Source of the DNA: Gonapodya sp. JEL0774
Lineage: Eukaryota
Direction: 5' to 3'
Length of the DNA stretch: 20,000 bases
Assembly: GCA_027604505.1 (NCBI GenBank)
Contig: JADIIX010000104.1
Location: forward strand, 54,755 to 74,754
Part shown: one piece after another, positions 12,568 through 20,000 of the stretch
Position numbering within the stretch: position 1 is the stretch's first letter
Layout: each line of letters starts with the position of its first letter
The notes under the pieces: model-generated
What the model was told of the DNA's origin: nothing
Databases searched by the model: none
What the model saw: only the letters and a program-made list of their open reading frames with translations
Program-made: the position numbers and the translations under genes

Positions 12568-14120
12568 ATGGTGCCACGCTTCTATGTGCCTGATGATGGG
12601 AACACTCCAAACCACAGAACTGGGAAAGCTCTATGTCGTGTTACTCACCCGCCTGTTGATATTGCAAGTGGAAGACGAGTGCGAGGGAAGGAAGAGAAAG
12701 GTACCAGAGATCACCTGCAAGGATGGGAATGGGAAGGTTATCAGAGAGACATTAAGAACGGGTGGTGCTTGTTGACACACGTTGGCAGCCACTGCCAAAG
12801 AGGGGCCAGATGTCTTTGTTGAGACTATTACGACTTTGTCAGCAAGCACTGCCAAGCACACTTCACTGGCATCAGTGCGGCAACTATCCCCACAGGGAAT
12901 GGCAAAAAACAACCTCCACGCTCAAAAAAACTCAAGCCTATGGAGGAAATGACATGGTATGCTTTCAACCTTTATTGTTGTCTCGCATTTCCCCTGTCTG
13001 AGTGTTCATTGGGTTCAGGTTGTACGGCCTGTATTGGTAACAACCAGACGCAGAGCAGACAGTGTTGCACTGACACAAGCTCCTCCTCCAACTGCACCAA
13101 GTGAGCCAACCACCTACCATCACTTTGTAGGAGAGCCAGGAGCTGCAGTTTTACGGCCCCCAGCATCGCAGCATTCCACACCAACAGTCTTTCCCTCACT
13201 GGCCACCCTGTTCAATCCATTTTGCAAGGAAAATGCTACCATCTCTGGCATTGCAAATGGATTCCCGGTGATGCTGCCACAAAGTGAAGGCCTATGTATC
13301 CCCAATCATGGTCTTGTCTTGGGAGCCATGGGTTTTGGAGGGCCAGCAACTCCAAGTTACGTGGGCACGTTGCAATTACGACAGCCTGCAGCCCCCCGTA
13401 CAACAATTACAAAGCCAATCTCTACCATCGGGATCTGAACTCTACTTCTGCATTAAAATCACTCATCTTGCTCGAAAACCAAGGAAGGTGCGGGCATGGA
13501 AACCATGACCTTCAAGGAGAGTATGCTATTTGTGTTCAGAACAAGTATCAGGTGGTAGAAATAGCAAACAGCGGTTCTCAGAGAATCAACAGCACATTCT
13601 ACTTTTGCTTTCCCTATTGCTGGACAGGGTATCCTCATGCCAGAAGAGTCTGTCCTTGATATCTGCCAAACATCCAGCACATGCTCCGTCCTGATGAGCA
13701 ACACCCTTTGCACTGTGCTGGCATATACTTTGGGATGTAAATGTTTGTCTTGAGTTTAATAGATTTGGTGTTCCAACGTGAGCTGTCACAACTAGTGATG
13801 TATGAAGTGGGACTAGAAGTCCAAACAAATGCCCCTCTGGAACCTGTATTAGCAAAGAAGCATTCCGCAGATCTGCTGATGTTGCAATAACAAGTGACAT
13901 AGTGCTGAAGCAGATGTGGCAGGCAGCAGCTGACCCAAACTCATTGAACTCGCTTGCCATCAAAGCACGAAGCTCAAAAGTATCCAGGCAATATATCCCG
14001 ATCATCAAAATCGCTGTATTTCGCTCAACACTATTACAAAAACCCTCAGAAAATACGCTTTTGAAAAGTGCCTCCTCTGTCAATCCATTGAGGTGCTCCA
14101 TCACTCGTTTTTTGGTCACA
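12568..14120 (+). pseudogene. Probable second, heavily degraded DDE transposase (MULE-related, GCM/WRKY-like fungal type)
   Basis: Fragments across plus frames, in order: Cys/His-rich segments (CKWIPGD...CLGSH, 13252-13329), YHRDLNSTSALKSLI...GHG..LQG (13423-13520), IDLVFQR...YEVG (D at 13762), AITSD (D at 13896), and IAVF-R-S/HYYKN (14010-14043), which resembles a mutated CxxH..N. Many stops and frameshifts; recognised from pattern memory only. Confidence 0.4.
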
Positions 14121-14127
14121 CTGTGTC

Positions 14128-14478
14128 AATGCCACAACAGCACCAGCTGAACCAATAATAGATGAACTGGGCCCAGATTTTCAGCCTCGATATACCGTTG
14201 AACGTATTAATGATAAACAACAAGCCAGAGATCTAGTCGAATATCTTGTTAAATTCAGAGGAAACTGTCAACCAGAATGGCAACCTGAAGGTCTTACTGA
14301 CGCTGCTGATCTTACTCACGCTTTTGAATTACATCTATCAGAAGCTACAAATCAACGAGTTTTAACGCACAAGAAACGTGTAGCTCCTAAGCATGCTCAA
14401 CTAAACCGGCTCAAGAAATGTGTCAACACAGACAAACAAACGTCAACAATTACGCCACGAGAAGATTGGTTCATGTGA
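14128..14478 (+). pseudogene. Chromodomain-containing ORF fragment with no start codon, likely the 3' end of a chromovirus (Gypsy) pol/integrase
   Basis: Frame +1 is open from 14092 to the TGA at 14476-14478 and reads PAEPIIDELGPDFQPRYTVERINDKQQARDLVEYLVKFRGNCQPEWQPEGLTDAADLTHAF. This matches the chromodomain consensus YxVExI...EYLVKWxG...WxP. It is absent from the ORF track. Confidence 0.75.
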
Positions 14479-14732
14479 TTGCTTGTCACCAACTTTATAT
14501 GGAATTACAGGACACAGGATTATATAAATGTATTTATGACAGAGGGGATAAAGCAGAGCAAGGTTTTACTGCAGCCTGCCTAGGTGTGCTTTTTCCTCGC
14601 TATCGAACCTCTCTCCAACACTCCCTCAACCCCTAATACTCAGATTTTGAATCTTGTCACAAATCATGGAACAAACAGATTGTTTGTGGTTCATTTTGTC
14701 AATTCTTATATGTATTAACATTCTTCAACTAC

Positions 14733-14877
14733 AGAGGGGAGTGTTGTGTAATTGTGACACTTGGGGTCAACCACTTGACCACAGAAGTACATAAATAGTA
14801 CAATATACATATTATGGGGGAATTTACGTTAAGAATACACTGATACAGCTTGGACCCACGGGACTGTCACTGTGACA
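14733..14877 (+). mobile_element. Putative polypurine tract plus short 3' LTR remnant
   Basis: The purine run AGAGGGGAG (14733-14741) is directly followed by TGTTGTG (14742), about 260 nt after the chromodomain ORF stop. The interior is AT-rich with TATA-like elements (cataaata), and a possible ...TGACA end lies at ~14877. There is no second LTR copy in the window to confirm it. Confidence 0.4.
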
Positions 14878-15070
14878 CTAGAAGGCCAGCTTCACCACCA
14901 GACCCATCCGACAGACCATCCATGATTATGCGCAGCAAGTCAATGCCAATACAAGTCCGTTTGAGAGTTTGCTCTCCAATGCCTGGATGTGCAGTAATCG
15001 CGGACGACAGTTAATAGTTATGGGTTCGTAAAGTGTGTGCAGAGTTTTTTTGCAGCCAGTGTCATGTATT

Positions 15071-15101
15071 AGAGAGGTTGCGCACCACATTTAGTTATCA
15101 C
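15071..15101 (+). repeat. Left terminal inverted repeat
   Basis: AGAGAGGTTGCGCA-ccaca-TTTAGTTATCAC, compared with the reverse complement of the right end, AGAGAGGTTGCGCA-gaa-TTTAGTTTTCAC. Confidence 0.92.
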
Positions 15102-15179
15102 AATATGTGAAGTGAAAAATTAAATAACCGAGCCACCTTGCGCACCCAAACCAACTCCCAATTCTTTGCAACCACTTTC

Positions 15180-16406
15180 ATGGACGGGGACTCCTCAGAT
15201 TCGGACGATTCCTTCTCGATTGTAAACATGGGACTGGAGCGGATCAGGAGACGACGCCAGTTGACGTTTGCGGCGATTATGGTGTTGGCAGCAAGTCTGC
15301 TTCTGCCAGAGCGACCGGCGTTCCCTGAAGCACGACTGGATCTGGGAGCGCTTTCAGATGCCGACTGTGTTCATTGTTTTCAGTGAGTTGTGACTGCCAT
15401 CGGATCCCTTGGACTCCAGATGTTTTGATTTTTGACCCCGAATACTAGGTTCAAAAAGGCAGACCTTTTTCGTCTCAAAGCAGCACTAGGGATACCTGAG
15501 ACCATCATCCTAGAAAATAGACTTTGTTTTCTTGGGATCGAGGCAATCTGTGTGTTACTTCGGCGTTTCAGCTTCCCTAACCGCCTTGCCGACATCACTC
15601 TCACATTTGGCTGCTCTGGGGAGGAGCTCTCCCACATTTTCTCATATCTTGTGGACGACATCACACGCAAATTGAAGGAAGTTTTGACGTGGGATACTCA
15701 GCCTCTGACTCCAGTGCTGCTAAAGCAGTTTTGCCAGGCCGTCCACACCGCTGGGTCCCCTCTTCAAACCGTCTCTGGATTCATGGATGGAACTGAGCGT
15801 CAAATAGCGCGACCAACCCACCATCAAAGGAAGTTTTACAGCGGTCATAAACGTCAGCATTCACTGAATTTTCAAGGAGTGGTGACCCCAGACGGGATCG
15901 TGATACACCTTTGCGGACCTTTTCTGGGCCCGGAACACGACATCACGATTTATAGACTAAGCGGACTCAATGATGTACTTACACAGCATGGTGAGTTGAT
16001 GATTGCGTACTGTTTCCTCTTCTATTCTCAAAGTTTTCCCGAGGATAGCTTTTAGACCAAACTATGAACTGTACCAAATTTATGGAGACCCCACCTACCA
16101 CCCCGGCAACAGGCATCTCATTGGACCTTGAAAGCTGCCGCACTTCACACTGAAGCAGCAGCAGTACAACACTTCAAACAGTGCTGTACAGGTTGCAATT
16201 GAGTGGGCATGGGACAACCCTGCAACACTATTCGCGTTTTTGAACTACTACAGGACCCTAAAAGTAGATTTATCACCTATTGCATCTTATTATTGCGTTG
16301 GTGTTTTCTTGGCTAATGCTCATACATGTTTCAATGGGGTGAAAAGGGTGATAAGTTCAGTGTTGAACCCCCATCAATTGAGACCTATTTGCAAGCGCAT
16401 ATGTGA
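15180..16406 (+). pseudogene. Harbinger/PIF-type (DDE_Tnp_4, HARBI1-like) transposase, disrupted
   Basis: Exons ~15180-15382, 15449-15990 and ~16049-16406. Motifs: CF(Q)FKKADL, LLRRFSFPNRL, GFMDGT (D1), FYSGHKRQHSLNFQGVVTPDG, HD, YGDPTY (D2, 16087), SAV(Q)VAIEW (E, 16201) and NAHTCF. There is an in-frame TGA at 16129-16131 and a frameshift near 16337 before the terminal FSVEPPSIETYL..* (stop 16404-16406). Confidence 0.92.
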
Positions 16407-16430
16407 TAAATTTTGTACTATTATACACTG

Positions 16431-17800
16431 CTACTGTTTGCTCATAAAACTTTTAAACATCTCCATCATCATCTGTTGGTTTGCGGCAGCCAACTTTACT
16501 TGCTCTTCCACCACAACCAACCTCCTCTCCTCAGCTTGCCTTGCTATAGCCAAGTATCCCTCCTTGAGCAATTCCTCGAGCCTAAGGAGGCTGTTTCAGG
16601 CATCCACCGTGGGCCTCCTGCGTTTCTTCCTGTTGGTGATGTCCTCTGCAGTCCAATCCTTGCCCTCATTTCCCATTCCTAGCAGACGCTTCTTGGAGAG
16701 CGTCTCTGTGGTGTTCTGTCTGATGTCTGGTGGGGAGGTGAGCCAACAACAGTCCCGAACCACCAACACTCCCACTCACCAGCTGCCAGCTTCATGTCCC
16801 GTTTCCTCTCCGCCAACGCAATCTCCTTATTGTCGGCAAGGTCGGCGTTGAAGGTGGCTTGCTGTTGTGATGACCACCCCTCAAAAGCGCATGCATAACT
16901 TCACTCAATGTGTTGGCATACTCTTCCACCATTGCATCCAGCAGTGATTCCTCCTTGTTCTCACCTGTGTTCCGCTGCTCCCAGGCAATCAGGAGGGCCT
17001 TGACCCGGCGATCGGTGTTCTGGTGGGCGACCTTCGCATACAGCACTGGGTTTTCCTTCCTCATGGCCTCTGCAATGTATCCTGCTTTCCTGTTGCTTCG
17101 AAAGGCCGGATGATGTTGGCATGGCGCATGAAGACAAGGGACGAGGTGGAGTTCCAGGTGAAGTACTTGCTGGCAGATGTTTCAACGGTAGTAGCAGCTG
17201 TCCCTAGGTTGATTGACGTGCTTGTAGTGTACACTTGTTGTTGTGTATTGGTGACAATGTTCTGTGAGATTGATTTGAGTCTCGCAGACTCTGTCATGAA
17301 TGGCTTTCATGGGGACCCGCGGACGAAGATGAAAACATCCAAATGAATCCCAAGTTGCATTAGAGAACCTACCTCTTTCTCTTCTGCTGTCATCTTAGTC
17401 CACATATCGCCGATTTTAGCTCCAACCATCCCAAATCCATTATCTGGATGCTCCTGCCTGACCTCCTTCTCCTTCGATATCCGATACAAAGTAAAGCCCG
17501 ACGGCGGCAGCTTCACCTTGTTCTGAGACAATGCTGGTTTGCGGGGGTGCCTGGGCCTCTTTAGGACAGTTCCAGGCTGGTGTGTTGGTAATGACTCGGT
17601 TCTCTTGTTGTCAGGTGCCGGGATGGCATCTGGAACACGCAAAGACACCACGTACATGAGATAACGCCACATTTATGATATAAAATTGTAATTGACACAG
17701 AGAAATGGCTTTCAATTGCGCTCTCACCGTGCAAACTCAGGTCATTAGACTCGCTGCTACTCCCCATGAGACTTCCTTCAAGATTTGCAACACGCCGCAT
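16431..17800 (-). pseudogene. Transposon second gene: HMG-box + Myb/SANT-like (trihelix) domain + C-terminal coiled coil, disrupted
   Basis: Phase-consistent model. Exon 1 is 17728-17800, followed by intron 17630-17727. Exon 2 (17373-17629) contains KVKLPPSGFTLYRISKEKEVRQEHPDNGFGMVGAKIGDMWTKMTAEEKE. After intron 17304-17372 (GTAGGT..AAG), exon 3 starts PFMTESARLK and continues FTWNSTSSLVFMRHANIIRPFEA. After a frameshift near 17085 it reads YIAEAMRKENPVLYAKVAHQNTDRRVKALLIAW. The last exon has RKKRRR, an internal TGA at 16596-16598, and EERRLVVVEEQVKLAAANQQMMMEMFKSFMSKQ* (stop 16431-16433). Confidence 0.75.
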
Positions 17801-18110
17801 CTATCCAGCAGCGTACTTGGTAGATTGATATGTTACAAAGCCTACAGAGGACTTTGAGCAATTAATCGCGATGTCTGGGAATGGTGAGCGTGGTGTGCGG
17901 CAAGCGAAAAACCAGGGTTGCGTTGCGTCACAAATTGACTCATGAAATATAATCAGCATTATCATACTGCAGCAATGTGAAAAATGAGACCAATCGCACT
18001 CGATTCTACAAGTCAAACAAGCAGATTTTTGTGCTCCCAATTCGGGCTCAAGAACTGGGAGGGCACCCAATATTTTCCCCCGTGCCACATACCTTGTGTG
18101 CACCAAAGTC

Positions 18111-18139
18111 GTGAAAACTAAATTCTGCGCAACCTCTCT
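18111..18139 (-). repeat. Right terminal inverted repeat
   Basis: GTGAAAACTAAATTCTGCGCAACCTCTCT followed by ATT; inverted match to 15071-15101. Confidence 0.92.
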
Positions 18140-18265
18140 ATTGTGCATTTACTAATCAGCTATAATAGGAGATATTGTCCTAAATAGCATTTCGCTGCTC
18201 AGGGATTACCAAGCCACTCAGGCGAGCAAATAGGTTGGAAGAAGCCAGACCAGGAGTCTAGAAAC

Positions 18266-19654
18266 ATGGCGGATTCGAAGAGGACAGTGGGTCTTCTCCT
18301 GGCTCACAAGGCGGTCGCTTACTTAGCCTGGGAATGCGACTGTTCCCTTCTGACTCCAACCACACAGCTTCTCATCTTTGGCGCGACCGGCAAGCAAGGC
18401 GGCGCATGTATTACCGCATTGATGTCCCTTTCACCCCAGACCAAGTTTCGGATCGTGACGAGGGATCCAACGTCACCGAAAGCAACGCAGCTTGCTGCTA
18501 ACGGCGTAGAAGTTTTTAAGGGAGATATGACGGACACATCAACTCTGCAAGCGGCCATGAAGGGAATCTACGGGATCTTTTTGGTAACTGACTCGTTTGG
18601 AAAGGGTGGGGTGGAAGACGAAGTGAAACAGGTGACAATACCTCCATGACTTCGGTACAAGTTGTTACGTCTTACACCACCTCTGTCATAAAGGGACTTA
18701 CTGTAATAGATGCCGGTGAGCGAGGATCTCTCGGAGAATTGCGAACGGCTGAATCAACGCCGACCCTCGATGGTTGCCCACAATTGAACTTGCAGCTTTC
18801 AACGCCGGTATTCAGTATGTCGTGTACAGTTCAGTTGGAGGTGTGACAACGGCATACGGAAGGTGCGAAAGCAGTTGCTGCTCGCGGTAGTTTACAAGCT
18901 GCGTTGCTGGGTTGCTGAGAATGACCATTCGTGTGGAACCAACCATCCAGGGCGGTACCCCACTTCGCCTCGAAATTGAAGATCGAGCAGCACATCAAGA
19001 GTAAACCCTGGAAGGAAGGATTCGCTATTCTACGCCCAGTCGCATTTTTCGAGAACGTTGAGATGTTTGGCCCACTCACCCTGGGTAAATATGAGTCACT
19101 ACTCCCAGCGGATCTCAAACTTCAGCAGATTGCAACGAAAGACATCGGCGAGTTTGCAGCCCTGGCATTCACAAAACCTCAGCTCTTTAGCGGCAAGGAA
19201 ACAGAAATTGCCGGTGACGACATTTCGAGCATCGAGATGGCGAACATCCTGGCACAGGAGACTGAAGTGCCTTGGTCCTACTCGAAAATTATGCCGACGT
19301 GGGTCTTTCGTTTCATCTCTGTGGATACATACAGGTTGTTGGTCTTCGCTCAAAGAGAGGGGTACAAGGTAGATTCTCAGAAACATACAAAATGATTCGC
19401 CAGCGCCTCAGTGACTCTTGGGTGCTTGCATTTTTTTGCAACAGGCCAACATCTCAGCTCTTCGGGTAATCAAGCCAGATCTCCAAGATTTCCGTGCTTG
19501 GGTCAGAGCCCGCGGCATTGGCTCCATCACAAAGAAAGCGAACTCCTACAAGTTCCGTCATCCGAAAACGCAATGGCCCTTCCGTTTGGGTTCTGTTGTC
19601 GCAGTCGTTGGAGCTATTGCCCTCGGGTGGTGGCTATATGAAAGTCACAAATAG
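18266..19654 (+). CDS. NmrA-like (HSCARG/NMRAL1-type atypical SDR) NAD(P)-binding protein, 6 exons
   Basis: Exons 18266-18286, 18368-18631, 18694-18715, 18796-18862, 18951-19368 and 19445-19654, with GT..AG introns in compatible phase. Motifs: LLIFGATGKQGG, VTRDP, GVEVFKGDM, YGIFLVT, VVYSSVGG, VPHFASKLKIEQHI, ILRPVAFFEN, IATKDIG and EIAGD. Confidence 0.93.
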
Positions 19655-19881
19655 ACCTAAGGTTTCTTTGGTGTGCCAGGTTTGGAACAGTGCAATTGTA
19701 AGATCTCATAACACAATTCTCGGCCCCCATGGCGGAGTCGAAGAAATGTCTCGAGAGACTCCGGACCATTCATTCTACACCATGCACTAAATGATGGCTA
19801 AGTGAGCGAAATGGATCGGACCAGTGCTGCTTGTTGACCAACACTCTCAGCACAAGGTGTGACATCGCACTCCTTCTCACT

Positions 19882-20000
19882 CTATCGACCCGCAATTGCA
19901 ATAGTTCTCTTCGGACCCTCCTCCATGTGTCTCTCCCCGTCATTATCTTGTTCCAGTCCTTCCTCCCGATCCTCTCCACGTTCTCTCCCCGGATTCTCTT
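19882..20000 (-). CDS. Possible charged C-terminal end of a gene entering from beyond the window
   Basis: A minus frame is open from the window edge and reads ENPGRERGEDREEGLEQDNDGERHMEEGPKRTIAIAGR* (stop 19882-19884). Support is compositional only, and an alternative frame (19770-19979) exists. Confidence 0.25.
   Translation of the reverse strand, partial: ENPGRERGEDREEGLEQDNDGERHMEEGPKRTIAIAGR

Larger units (their letters stand above)
15071..18139. mobile_element. Complete-length PIF/Harbinger-superfamily (PHIS; Pangu-like) DNA transposon, 3069 bp, with two convergent genes and ATT target-site duplication
   Basis: Perfect 14-bp TIRs AGAGAGGTTGCGCA (15071-15084) and TGCGCAACCTCTCT (18126-18139). 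ATT flanks both ends (15068-15070 and 18140-18142). The element encloses a DDE_Tnp_4-type transposase (+) and a Myb/SANT-like gene (-). Confidence 0.92.

Noticed and set aside
13586..14119. 177-aa minus-strand ORF as a real gene
   Set aside because: No recognisable motifs and a non-ATG start. The opposite strand carries ordered transposase-like motifs. Not fully excluded.
14133..14748. CACAACA / TGTTGTG inverted 7-mer as LTR termini
   Set aside because: The order is wrong for a single LTR, and the first copy lies within the chromodomain reading frame.
8955..14858. GGGTCCAA (8955-8962) / TTGGACCC (~14851-14858) as MULE TIRs
   Set aside because: The match is only 8 bp, does not extend, and has no flanking duplication, so chance is a sufficient explanation.
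16240..16851. 203-aa plus-strand ORF
   Set aside because: Only the first ~33 codons are transposase. The rest is frameshifted read-through antisense to the coiled-coil exon of the HMG-Myb gene.
17307..17672. Stand-alone host HMG gene (NHP6-like or mating-type HMG)
   Set aside because: It lies inside the TIR/TSD-bounded element, and its third helix is completed only by splicing into the Myb-containing exon. No mating-type synteny is evident.
1..20000. CRISPR arrays, rRNA/tRNA genes, prokaryotic operons or defence systems
   Set aside because: No repeat-spacer arrays or structured RNA genes were recognised, and the spliceosomal intron patterns indicate eukaryotic DNA.

Overview
Eukaryotic, intron-rich genomic DNA (GT-AG introns of about 60-100 nt), most likely from an early-diverging, chytrid-like fungus (inference). 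Host genes: a multi-exon hypothetical gene with a helical N-terminus and Ser/Pro/Thr-rich tail (minus, ~313-2565), a large multi-pass membrane protein of the 'tiny macrocysts' TmcB/TmcC-like type (minus, ~3038-8462), and a 6-exon NmrA-like NAD(P)-binding protein with a hydrophobic C-terminal tail (plus, 18266-19654). Between the last two, which are divergently transcribed, lies a ~9 kb CpG-depleted island of decayed transposons. It holds a Mutator/MULE DDE transposase relic (~9170-12260), a probable second unclassified transposase relic (~12570-14120), and a chromodomain/PPT/LTR-like retroelement remnant (~14120-14880). It also holds a fully delimited 3069-bp PIF/Harbinger-superfamily (PHIS, Pangu-like) element (15071-18139; 14-bp perfect TIRs, ATT target duplication). 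The most striking observation is that this element's second gene appears to splice an HMG-box in frame onto the usual Myb/SANT-like DNA-binding and coiled-coil protein.
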